The notes under the pieces: model-generated
The model's database searches: none
What the model was told of the DNA's origin: nothing
What the model saw: only the letters and a program-made list of their open reading frames with translations
Program-made: the position numbers and the translations under genes
In this document: positions 1-9,454 of the stretch, in pieces
Layout of the letters: each line of letters begins with the position of its first letter
Numbering within the stretch: the first letter of the stretch is position 1
Source of the DNA: a virus
Taxonomy: Duplodnaviria; Caudoviricetes
IMG/VR virus record: IMGVR_UViG_3300028129_000010
Coordinates: 9,178 to 73,177 of that record
Strand: one strand, 5' to 3'
DNA length: 64,000 bases

Positions 1-108
1 TAATGCAAAGTTCTTAATAAGTGTATTATCATTACTAACTAATTTTCTCCTACCTGTAGGAGTTAATTTAGCTTTAAGTTCTATTGTTGTTCCAGTTAAA
101 AATCCCAT
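1..108 (-). CDS. Partial (5' end only) tail-collar/baseplate-type structural protein, paralog of the 121..2298 product
   Basis: Translated by hand from the ATG at 108: MGFLTGTTIELKAKLTPTGRRKLVSNDNTLIKNFAL, running off the window edge. Shares the KLT..GR.KL motif with the N-terminus of the 725-aa neighbour. Confidence 0.7.
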   Translation of the reverse strand, partial: MGFLTGTTIELKAKLTPTGRRKLVSNDNTLIKNFAL

Positions 109-120
109 AATTAAATTTTA

Positions 121-2298
121 TTAGAAATCCATCGCTAATTCAAGCATTATTGTTTTACCAGATTCTAAAGTAACTGGTTTACTTAATTTACCAATCATAA
201 TTAACGAACCAGTAGTATCATAAATACCTATCTCACTAACTCTAATGTCTGGTTCATTTACAGATGAATTATCTCTAGTTGTGTTTCCAGTTCTTTTAAA
301 ATCATCACCGTCAATCTCTAAGTTAAATATAGTCTTATATATTGTAGCACCAATATATGTTTCTAAATTACCATAGAAGAATCTTTCATCACCAAACTGT
401 AGTAAATCTGTATTGTTGTTTGGTGCCATGCTTAATGAATCTATAATACTGAATGTTGTTGAACCTGTAACAACGTTAGTGTCAATTAAGAAATCATTTG
501 CAGTAGGGTTTTGATTTTCTAATAACTTAGGGTCAATAGTTTCACCAGGGTTTGTAGTTATACCGCTAGTAGTGAAATCATAAACATTCCAACCATCAGA
601 TAATGGTCTTGTATTTATTCCAGATACAATCTGATATAATAGTTTAAATTCTCTAGCAGAGAATCCCATTCCATCATAACCAGACTTCTCTTCTTTTCTC
701 ATGTAAGGTAATAAATCAATATCAGATAATCTAAATTGAATATCCTTAGAGTTAGAAGTGTTATTAGTTATCTTAGTATAATATTGACAAGGTAGTGTAG
801 TTGTTAAACCAGTACCCGTACTATTTTCAAAAGTATATGTTAAATACATTGTTTCATTAGAATCTAACACACCATTATTAGCACCATTGGATGAACTAAC
901 CATGTTAGCGGCAAGTGATGGTAGTGTCCAGTTTCTATTTGATTTATATGACATTGCAGCAACAATCTCATCATCATCGAATACAACAGTCTTTAATTGT
1001 GTAAATACCTTACCAACAACTCTAGGTGTATCACTAACCATTGTTGGGTCTTCAATAAGGTCAACATATTTAATTTCAGAATCAGTAATTAATTTAGTTG
1101 TACCTGTAGCTATGAATGTCATACCCATTGTTGTACCACTCTCAGTCGAGTAGTCTCTTCTATGGTACATAAGGTCTGGTAAATGTAATTTAAGTGATTT
1201 ATTATTATCACCATCAATAAAGAAATACTCACCATAATAATTTGATATTGTGTTATTTGTATAATGTAAAATCGATATTGATTTTTTAACATTATCAATT
1301 ACTGATTCACCAGGCGTAGCACAAATGTCAGTATCATTCTCTGTATCACCAGAACAACCATAACTAAAGTATGGATACTTTTGACCAGCATACTCATTTG
1401 AACCAAACTTCTCATATGATTCATTAGGTGTTGCTACCGTATTATTAATACTAGTACCAGTCATACCAGCTAAGTTTTCACACCAAACATTATTCATGTT
1501 CCAAACAGGAACATCTGAACATGAAATATCACAACAAGATGAGAAATCTAAAACGTTAGAATTCCAATATGGTGTTGTGTTTTCAGAACCAAACCCATTA
1601 TATACTTCATTACTAGTGTAAACAATATATTCTGTTGTTGCTGTTGTTGAATTGACATTTGGTAATTCTCTATCAAGGGTTAATGTATCACCAGGTGAAA
1701 CTGTTGTACCACTTGATTGAATCTTATACCATAAGTGTGGTGTTGGTGTGGTGTTCCCGTTAACAACTTGACTACCAACTGTGTCGTTACCAATCTTTAA
1801 TAAGATATAATCACCGACATTATATGTTGCACCGCTATCAATAACTAGAGTAGTACCACCAGTAATACTTGAACCACTGATAGTTCCAAAATATTTTGTG
1901 TAGTCATCACCTGTTTTAGTTGTAAAAGTTGTGTGAGTTGAGTTTGGTGTAAAGAATCCTCTTTCAGTTGCTTCATTATTAACAATAGCTTTAATAGTTC
2001 TTATTTGGTTGGCGTTTAAGTTATTAAGATTGTCATTGTTATTACTATTTGCAGTAACAAAATGTCTAATATCTGGTTGTTGGTCGACAGGTCTAAGTAT
2101 TTTAGAAGTACCACTTAATGGTCCACCATAAGTTATTGATGATGATAAATCAAAATTACCTTCTCTATCGTAGTTAATTTCAGAATCACCAATTGCCCAA
2201 GAACTAAAATTTAATTGCCCTTGCGCTAATTTTTGCCTACCAACCTCTGTTAATTTTATATTAACGAAAGCACTTGTATTGTTTATAATGTAACTCAT
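121..2298 (-). CDS. Putative baseplate/tail-collar fibre-attachment protein (725 aa)
   Basis: N-terminal KLTEVGRQKLA...GDSEINY and C-terminal VSEIGIYDTTGSLIMIGKLSKP resemble tail-collar/fibre N-terminal folds split by a large S/T/G-rich insert. Lies in the structural operon. Confidence 0.55.
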   Translation of the reverse strand: MSYIINNTSAFVNIKLTEVGRQKLAQGQLNFSSWAIGDSEINYDREGNFDLSSSITYGGPLSGTSKILRPVDQQPDIRHFVTANSNNNDNLNNLNANQIRTIKAIVNNEATERGFFTPNSTHTTFTTKTGDDYTKYFGTISGSSITGGTTLVIDSGATYNVGDYILLKIGNDTVGSQVVNGNTTPTPHLWYKIQSSGTTVSPGDTLTLDRELPNVNSTTATTEYIVYTSNEVYNGFGSENTTPYWNSNVLDFSSCCDISCSDVPVWNMNNVWCENLAGMTGTSINNTVATPNESYEKFGSNEYAGQKYPYFSYGCSGDTENDTDICATPGESVIDNVKKSISILHYTNNTISNYYGEYFFIDGDNNKSLKLHLPDLMYHRRDYSTESGTTMGMTFIATGTTKLITDSEIKYVDLIEDPTMVSDTPRVVGKVFTQLKTVVFDDDEIVAAMSYKSNRNWTLPSLAANMVSSSNGANNGVLDSNETMYLTYTFENSTGTGLTTTLPCQYYTKITNNTSNSKDIQFRLSDIDLLPYMRKEEKSGYDGMGFSAREFKLLYQIVSGINTRPLSDGWNVYDFTTSGITTNPGETIDPKLLENQNPTANDFLIDTNVVTGSTTFSIIDSLSMAPNNNTDLLQFGDERFFYGNLETYIGATIYKTIFNLEIDGDDFKRTGNTTRDNSSVNEPDIRVSEIGIYDTTGSLIMIGKLSKPVTLESGKTIMLELAMDF

Positions 2299-2355
2299 AT
2301 CTTATAAATATTCTCTTTTACCTTATTTTAATAATAAATACTAAAAAATAAACAT

Positions 2356-5076
2356 TTAGTACGAATTATATGCATTTGTTTGTATTGTTATTTCATTAAC
2401 TTCACTATAAGCTGTAGTAATTATAGGATTACCACATAAATCTATATAACGTTTTTTATTTTTAACTCTATAGTATTGAGTATCACCAACAGAACCAGAT
2501 AAAGGAATTGTTGCTGAATATCCAACTTGGTTTATTGTATAGTCTACATCAGTACTACTTAATATAGTTCCAAAATTATCACTATCACTAATCTCAACAC
2601 TAAACAAACCTTCAGTTGTTTGTGGTGGTATTACTATTGACCAGTTAACACCAAACGATGTTGTAAATACATCACCAACTAGTGAACCGTTTGAATTATA
2701 GAATACATTAATTATATCACCTAGAACTAACCCACCTTGGAATATAATTCTCTTAGGATTACTAGTTGATAAGTAGTAATCTATATTGTTTGCTAACGTA
2801 ATACCATTTAATGTTACAATAACATCATTTCCTGGTACTACAGTATATGTTGTATAGAATTCATACCTACCAGTTGTTGTATTAAAGTAAACTGTTTCAC
2901 TACCTTGGTTATTTGTAGTACCACTTGTTATTGCTGAGTCTATGCTGTACCCATCGAACCTAATACCATTTTTTTCTTGGTTATTAACCAAAGCGTATGT
3001 TAACACATCACCATCATAAGTATCACCACTAAGTGTTAATACAGCAACAGTTTGAGCAGCACCTGTTATTGGTGCTATAGTTTGTATCGAATAGTCTTCA
3101 TTTTGAGAAAGTGTTAAACCATTTAATGATACAATATAACCACTATTAGCTAATGGCACATCATATTGATTAGTAGTACCATCAAGTATAAGACTATTAA
3201 CTATTAACGAACCTATTTCTCTATCACCACTATCAACTTCACCTAACAATGGTGTTTCAGCTTTTGTGAAACTTACAAGGTGAAAGTCCTTATACGGTTG
3301 GTACATTAAGTATTCAGTACCACTCTTTATAGGTGGACTAACTTTTCTATCACCATTTAAATTGGCAAACTGAGTACAAACATCGTGTATATAATAACCC
3401 TTAACTAAATAGTCACCATCTAAATCTAATGAACTAACTGGTACTGTAGTTGTGAAAGCACTAGTCCCACTAAAGTTAGACCAATAGAATTCTTCAGACC
3501 TGTATGATGGGTTACTAAAAAAGTAACCAACGGTTTTATTAAATTTATATATATCAAACTTAAATGTCGTATTACCTGTAAGACTATTTGTGTTTGCTGT
3601 AAATGTGAAGTCTAATGGTATAGTTGTTTGACCAGTTATTACGTGAACATTCGTATCACCACTAGTTAAACCGTTAAAATCTAAATCACAAACTATTTCT
3701 GTGTTACCACTACATGTTCCAGTAAATACACAAACCGTGTCTGTATAATTTAACTGAGTACATGTATATCCAGTACCACAAACATCTAAAGAGTAACCAG
3801 CTGGACATGAATATCCAGAAGATTCACCTAAATCTAATACCTGTATTCCAGTAGTACCACTAACCACATCACTCCTATAATCAGCTGTGGTAAATATTGT
3901 TACAGCACTCAACTGAGATTCGGTTGTCATACTAGTAAGACTAGAAATACCAACATTATATATTTCAGCACCAAATGACGCATAACTACCATTATTTTTA
4001 CCTTCCATCTCAATGATGTGTTTACCAGATGTTAATTGGACTTCAAATACCCTCCAATAACTAAGTGATTCTGTACCACCAGCAGCATTTTCAGATGTAA
4101 AAAACGTCTCTCCATCGAGTCTAAATCTAGCCCAATTATCGGCAGAAAGACCTATAGAATAAGTTCCACTTGTGTTTATATCAATACAAGCTGAAAATCC
4201 TATCCATTCTAAGTTTGGTTGTCCTATACCAGGTTCTGTTGTCCATATACCACAATTATTAAGTCTACCATAAAGAGTACTACCATTTGCATCCCATAAT
4301 TGATTTGTTGAGGAAGCATTAGGTGATATTGCTGTACCACCACTTGTTCTAAGTGTTGTTGAAGTACCTGTAAGAATATACGGTATTTCACCTGTAAGAT
4401 TAGTACTAAAAAAATGGGTACCATTATTGGCATAACCAGCATTAAGGTTACCAGTAGTCGCTGTATAAATTGTACCATTAAGTGTTGCGGCAGTTGTTGT
4501 TGTAAAAACACAACTATCGTCTTCTGGTGTTGGGGTGTATCCGACTGGGCATGAGCAGAATGTCTCACCTATAGTACTACCAGTTACTGGACAGTTATTA
4601 TCATAATTAATTTCAGTTACAATACTTAAATTAAAGTTTTTAAAATCTTTTTGATTTAATGTATATTGAGTACCGTTAATTGAATAGTCATATCCTAAAC
4701 TATCAAATGCTGTTACAACAGAACCAGTAAAACTACTTTCAGTTGCGGCATCACCTATATTTGATGAAGTATAAAATATATTAGAATAAACTAATTCACT
4801 ATCTTCATATATATTTGTACTCCATTCTATGTTATTAAAACATGTACCACTTAACTCATTAGATATGAAACAATCTGTAGTCGCTGTTAATACATTATTG
4901 TATGAAACACCACTTAAGTCACATGTTAGTTCAATACAGTCTATCTTACTACCACCAGTCATGGTAAATAAAGGGATATCGAATGTGCAGATATCTGAAC
5001 TAGTGTTAGGTAATGCTATTGTATGATTCCTAACATTATTTGTGTTTTGATTATATATTCTATCTTGATATCTCAT
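2356..5076 (-). CDS. Putative tail appendage/receptor-binding protein with PA14-like domain and EGF-like Cys motifs
   Basis: ORF track 2356..5088; the ATG at 5076, just after the upstream TAA, is the likelier start. GTYSIGLSADNWARFRLDG...LTSGKHIIEME is PA14-like; CSCPVGY and SCPAGY motifs flank it. Confidence 0.55.
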   Translation of the reverse strand: MRYQDRIYNQNTNNVRNHTIALPNTSSDICTFDIPLFTMTGGSKIDCIELTCDLSGVSYNNVLTATTDCFISNELSGTCFNNIEWSTNIYEDSELVYSNIFYTSSNIGDAATESSFTGSVVTAFDSLGYDYSINGTQYTLNQKDFKNFNLSIVTEINYDNNCPVTGSTIGETFCSCPVGYTPTPEDDSCVFTTTTAATLNGTIYTATTGNLNAGYANNGTHFFSTNLTGEIPYILTGTSTTLRTSGGTAISPNASSTNQLWDANGSTLYGRLNNCGIWTTEPGIGQPNLEWIGFSACIDINTSGTYSIGLSADNWARFRLDGETFFTSENAAGGTESLSYWRVFEVQLTSGKHIIEMEGKNNGSYASFGAEIYNVGISSLTSMTTESQLSAVTIFTTADYRSDVVSGTTGIQVLDLGESSGYSCPAGYSLDVCGTGYTCTQLNYTDTVCVFTGTCSGNTEIVCDLDFNGLTSGDTNVHVITGQTTIPLDFTFTANTNSLTGNTTFKFDIYKFNKTVGYFFSNPSYRSEEFYWSNFSGTSAFTTTVPVSSLDLDGDYLVKGYYIHDVCTQFANLNGDRKVSPPIKSGTEYLMYQPYKDFHLVSFTKAETPLLGEVDSGDREIGSLIVNSLILDGTTNQYDVPLANSGYIVSLNGLTLSQNEDYSIQTIAPITGAAQTVAVLTLSGDTYDGDVLTYALVNNQEKNGIRFDGYSIDSAITSGTTNNQGSETVYFNTTTGRYEFYTTYTVVPGNDVIVTLNGITLANNIDYYLSTSNPKRIIFQGGLVLGDIINVFYNSNGSLVGDVFTTSFGVNWSIVIPPQTTEGLFSVEISDSDNFGTILSSTDVDYTINQVGYSATIPLSGSVGDTQYYRVKNKKRYIDLCGNPIITTAYSEVNEITIQTNAYNSY

Positions 5077-5077
5077 C

Positions 5078-5602
5078 TTATATAACATTTAATTGTAGTG
5101 TGCTAGTACTGAAACAACCTGGACTAGTTATTACTTTAACATATATTAGTGCAGTTGCACTCACATATGATGATGTAGTTAAAATAGGTATTGTTAATGT
5201 AATATCTTCATACCATTCAAAAGTAGCTGTTGTATAATCAAATGGGGCAACACTAGATTCAGTTGAGTCTAGGTCAAAAGTAGACAAACCTCCACCCTCA
5301 TCAGCATTATCATATACTCCATTAAATATTGTTGGTGGTGTGCATGGTATTACTGAACTAGCTTCTGATACTTCTACAACTTTAAACTCACTATCTCTAT
5401 TATAACTAAGACCAAAATCTCTAGTCTTATTTAAATCTTCACTAGCAATAACCTTCATTAAGTTTTGTATATATGCCTCGTAACAACCAACTTCAAACCA
5501 ATCACCATAACCAAAAGAACCCTTAACTAGTTTAAACATACTAGTAGTGTCTTTTAAGTTATCAATTATATTTGCATTTATATTTTGTATTAAAACTGGC
5601 AT
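5078..5602 (-). CDS. Structural protein with C-terminal Flavobacterial adhesin-like beta-sandwich repeat (174 aa)
   Basis: STFDL...FEWYED...IYVKVITSPGCFSTSTLQLNV resembles repeats of Bacteroidota T9SS type-B surface proteins. TATTTATA lies just upstream of the ATG. Confidence 0.5.
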   Translation of the reverse strand: MPVLIQNINANIIDNLKDTTSMFKLVKGSFGYGDWFEVGCYEAYIQNLMKVIASEDLNKTRDFGLSYNRDSEFKVVEVSEASSVIPCTPPTIFNGVYDNADEGGGLSTFDLDSTESSVAPFDYTTATFEWYEDITLTIPILTTSSYVSATALIYVKVITSPGCFSTSTLQLNVI

Positions 5603-5614
5603 ACCTATAAATAT

Positions 5615-6682
5615 TTAAAGTCTAGAATAAAATGAAGACTCACCGTCATTATTAATTATATCTATTGTACCTAAAAATTCTGGTGAACAAGTGTGTTGCA
5701 TTTCCCATACACCAGTAACTTCTCTAGTTTCTCTATTACAATCAAATGTTTCCGTACCTCCAGTAGCGTTTGGTAGTGTTTCAAGTATAACACTAACCGA
5801 GTTGTCAGTAGACACCGCACTGAAAGGAAAATCGTTTGATGGGTCTTTCGCCCAATAAATATTATTGTGTCTATATTTATACTTCTGAGTATCAAATACA
5901 GTGTTTCTATATTCGTAAGTCGATTCCCATATTGTAGTTGCTGGAATAACTTGCTCTATTAAATCAACCCAATAATTATTTACATTTAAACCAAAGCTAT
6001 CCATATCAAAATAATCATATTGACTACTTTGATAAACTGAGAAATCTAATGCGTTGTATCTATATCTCTCATAAAGCATTTTAAGTGTCGGGTAAGCACT
6101 TATAGTTTGTCTATTCTTAACATCTATTAATTCACTACTAATAGTGTTTGTAAATTCTTCAACAGAATCAACTTCAACTAAATCAGTAGTTAATTTACCA
6201 CTAAGGTCTATACAGTCATCACCACATTGTGGTAATGGACAACAAGCTATGCCCCAATAATCCCTTTTCCATTGTTCTGGGTATGACCAATATGTTGTAA
6301 TTTCTTGACCGCTGAAATAATAAAATATTTCATTAGTGGCACACATCACTTCATTTATTAGTTGGGTGTAGTTATCATATATTTGAGGTGTTAACTCATC
6401 CATTCTGTATTGGTTAGCTAAATCCCAAAAGTTGGTATATCTGACATCTGTTGTCATTCCACTAATTGTTTGCCATGCTGTAGTGTAACCAGTACAACCA
6501 CTAAGACCAGGTTCAGCTGATAATGCCAATCTAAGTTCATTCATAGCCTTAACAAAAGCATCTTTAGTAGCTCTAGCGGTTGTTTGAAGGTCACTCCAAT
6601 CACCAATAAGTCTATAATCTTGGTTATCGCAACCAATAACATCGCTAACTGTATAATCACATAAATCAAAAAATAGTATCAT
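5615..6682 (-). CDS. Baseplate wedge-associated structural protein (355 aa)
   Basis: Long ORF in the structural operon; C-terminal YWVDLIEQVIPATTIW...YRNTVF motif recalls the C-terminus of large wedge proteins. Confidence 0.45.
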   Translation of the reverse strand: MILFFDLCDYTVSDVIGCDNQDYRLIGDWSDLQTTARATKDAFVKAMNELRLALSAEPGLSGCTGYTTAWQTISGMTTDVRYTNFWDLANQYRMDELTPQIYDNYTQLINEVMCATNEIFYYFSGQEITTYWSYPEQWKRDYWGIACCPLPQCGDDCIDLSGKLTTDLVEVDSVEEFTNTISSELIDVKNRQTISAYPTLKMLYERYRYNALDFSVYQSSQYDYFDMDSFGLNVNNYWVDLIEQVIPATTIWESTYEYRNTVFDTQKYKYRHNNIYWAKDPSNDFPFSAVSTDNSVSVILETLPNATGGTETFDCNRETREVTGVWEMQHTCSPEFLGTIDIINNDGESSFYSRL

Positions 6683-6694
6683 ATTGTATCTTGT

Positions 6695-8785
6695 TTATTC
6701 ACCATCACCTATTATGTATTTTTTTACCTGGAAATCTGGTATATATTTATTTGCAAATAAGAATGGTTTAATTGCTAGTATAGCTTCATTATAGGTTTTA
6801 AGTCTAGCATCCCTCCTAGCCCTTCTTGTTATTTGCAAATCTTCTATAAGGTTTGCAATGTCATTCGTACCATCACTTGTGTCTTCCCAATCATTTGTTA
6901 ATGGGTTCCAGAAATAATATGTTGCGGCTGAATATGGTTCAACACCTCTTATATCACCTGGATTACCAGTTATACCTGTAAGTGTTGTTAGACTATCAAC
7001 TACTGGTTGATATGTTACATCACTGCCACTAAACACAACATTTAAAGAATTACCACTAGGGCTAACTGTGTAATATTCAGTATATGCTGATGCATGATAC
7101 CAATAAACCATTGGTATATTCTTAATGTCAGCTATACTGTAACCACCTAATACAGATGTATCTTGTTGCAGACCACTAATACTAGTTACTGGGTATTCTG
7201 GATTCTGAGCGTCACTCCAACCTATAGACTTAATAAGATTATACTCGTTTAAATCTTTTGCATAACTATCTCTATTAGCCCTGTACAAAATAGATTCATC
7301 TTCATCACAACCATATAAATAGAATGGGTTGTATAATGATGTTGTATCACATGCACCAAACGTTTCAAAAATATCCTTAGTCCATATACCAGAATAATCT
7401 GTCATTGTATCATGTGGTAATGGGTAATCTACTATATTTTTAACAACATCACATGTTGCTGAATAAGAACATTCAACTGGATGTGAATAATACTCATCAC
7501 TAGTTATACCTGTTGTTGTACCAGTAGTTGCACTACAAGTAAGTATGTTATTATCTTGCATATAACACCAAATATCTTGTTCAACAGCTCTAGCTGGTGA
7601 AAGATTTAAATCAACTTCCTTAGTGTTAATAACTAATTTATGATGATTAACATCGTATTCTGCTGGTCTATATTTTAAATCATAGAACCTTTCATCCTTT
7701 GTATCTAAAGCTACCCATGATTTCTTATTATCAATAATCTTGGTTACTTCAAACTTAGGTGGTTCTGAAATAAATGTTTCAACATTATTAACAGTCTCAC
7801 ATCTCTTATTTAATTTAACTCTATCTAATAGTATTTGGAAATCAGTACATGTATTATTAACATAGAAAGCCATGTTGATATCCTGATTAATAATCTGATT
7901 AATCGTTTCTTGGTCACATATTGTTTTCTCAAACTTTAACCAACAAGAATCCCACCAACCACTAATTAGACTTTCTAGATTAGGTATATCTCTTTCTTCT
8001 TCTGGAACTATATCGTATATTTCGTTAGCTAAAAGTTTTAACAAATATTTGTTACAAGCGGTTTTTTCGTTAGTTTGTTCATCACAAAGGGTGTTTAATG
8101 TTGTATTTTGGTCACCTATTATAATACCTGTGGCACCACTACTGGATTTAATATATTCCCATAAGTTACCCTCACCAATATTAAATATATTTTCTTGGTA
8201 TACTGGTTGACTATCAACTTCAATAGCAAAAGAAATGCTGAAATTCTCAAACAAGTCAACATACGATGTACAAGAAGCTTCATTTGTGATTGTAGTTGTT
8301 TGACTTTCTAGAAATTCTATTTCTTCAGTTATTTCTTCATTTTCTCTTTCTAATTCTTTAATTACTTTTTTATAATATTCTATTTGTTCTTCAGCTTCAC
8401 TTCTAGAGTATATAGTATACTCACAATCTGTTGTATATAATTCTTCATTTATTGTTGCTTGAATCCCTTCTAATTCAGTTATCTCAGAGCAACCGTATAA
8501 TGTTGTGTTTGAACCGTGTGCGTTAAACCAAGTTTGATACGTTGATGACCCTAACACCTCTTCCCAATAAACAAGACCTCCATCTGTTAAACATAGTTTC
8601 TTGTTTATTGATTCTCCAGTTCCAGGGTCTATTGTACCATCTATTGGGTCATCTATTGGGACTCTCCCACCACAACAGTAAATACTATCGTGTATATCTA
8701 TGACTCTACCTGGGTATTCTGAAACTCCATAACAAACATCACCTTGTGTTTTACACCCTCTATTTGGTTCTACATCTTTAGCCAT
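6695..8785 (-). CDS. Structural protein of unknown function, Cys-rich with coiled coil (696 aa)
   Basis: Long ORF, co-oriented and tightly packed within the baseplate operon. Confidence 0.5.
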   Translation of the reverse strand: MAKDVEPNRGCKTQGDVCYGVSEYPGRVIDIHDSIYCCGGRVPIDDPIDGTIDPGTGESINKKLCLTDGGLVYWEEVLGSSTYQTWFNAHGSNTTLYGCSEITELEGIQATINEELYTTDCEYTIYSRSEAEEQIEYYKKVIKELERENEEITEEIEFLESQTTTITNEASCTSYVDLFENFSISFAIEVDSQPVYQENIFNIGEGNLWEYIKSSSGATGIIIGDQNTTLNTLCDEQTNEKTACNKYLLKLLANEIYDIVPEEERDIPNLESLISGWWDSCWLKFEKTICDQETINQIINQDINMAFYVNNTCTDFQILLDRVKLNKRCETVNNVETFISEPPKFEVTKIIDNKKSWVALDTKDERFYDLKYRPAEYDVNHHKLVINTKEVDLNLSPARAVEQDIWCYMQDNNILTCSATTGTTTGITSDEYYSHPVECSYSATCDVVKNIVDYPLPHDTMTDYSGIWTKDIFETFGACDTTSLYNPFYLYGCDEDESILYRANRDSYAKDLNEYNLIKSIGWSDAQNPEYPVTSISGLQQDTSVLGGYSIADIKNIPMVYWYHASAYTEYYTVSPSGNSLNVVFSGSDVTYQPVVDSLTTLTGITGNPGDIRGVEPYSAATYYFWNPLTNDWEDTSDGTNDIANLIEDLQITRRARRDARLKTYNEAILAIKPFLFANKYIPDFQVKKYIIGDGE

Positions 8786-8790
8786 AATTA

Positions 8791-9402
8791 TTAACTGATA
8801 CCATCATTGTTATATGCACTTTTAATTTTAACACCATCATACAGTTGAACGCCTTCACCAAAACTGTCAATATTAGAGGAGCTTTCGTTACATTCAACAA
8901 CATACGGTGTTTTTTCTAATTCTTCTATTAATTCTTTATACCTAGCAATAATTTTTTGATTTTCTTTAAGTTTTTCTGTTAATTTAGTCACTTGTTCTTC
9001 ATTAACATTTGATACTGTTGTAGTTGTTTCACTTGTTGCTTCAAGTAAATCGGCACAATCAAACTTAAACATATAATCAAATGATACATCTAAACAACAT
9101 GTTTGGTTTTCATCAATATTAAATAAAGTACCATGGTTACCTTCTGGGTTTAATATGATTTTAAAATCATTTTTACCTTCACTTTCTGTTTTCCATAAAC
9201 ATTTTTGATTAACTATATCAAAATTGTAACCTAAAGCTTCACAACAAGGTTTAGTGTTGATTCTATATGTCATATTCCTATTTTCATAATCAAATAGAAA
9301 AACAGAGCCACTAGTATCTTCAACTAGTGTTAACTTGTTACTTACTATACTTTTTCGTGTTAAACAACTGGTCCTATAATCTTTTAAATCAAACTTAAAC
9401 AT
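8791..9402 (-). CDS. Hypothetical structural protein with Cys pairs and coiled coil (203 aa)
   Basis: ORF in the structural operon; PCC and TCC motifs; KLTEKLKENQKIIARYKELIEELEK is heptad-like. Confidence 0.5.
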   Translation of the reverse strand: MFKFDLKDYRTSCLTRKSIVSNKLTLVEDTSGSVFLFDYENRNMTYRINTKPCCEALGYNFDIVNQKCLWKTESEGKNDFKIILNPEGNHGTLFNIDENQTCCLDVSFDYMFKFDCADLLEATSETTTTVSNVNEEQVTKLTEKLKENQKIIARYKELIEELEKTPYVVECNESSSNIDSFGEGVQLYDGVKIKSAYNNDGIS

Positions 9403-9454
9403 TTCTTTTATATAATTATCTTTTAATATACTTTATTTTGTCATTTAGTAAATC

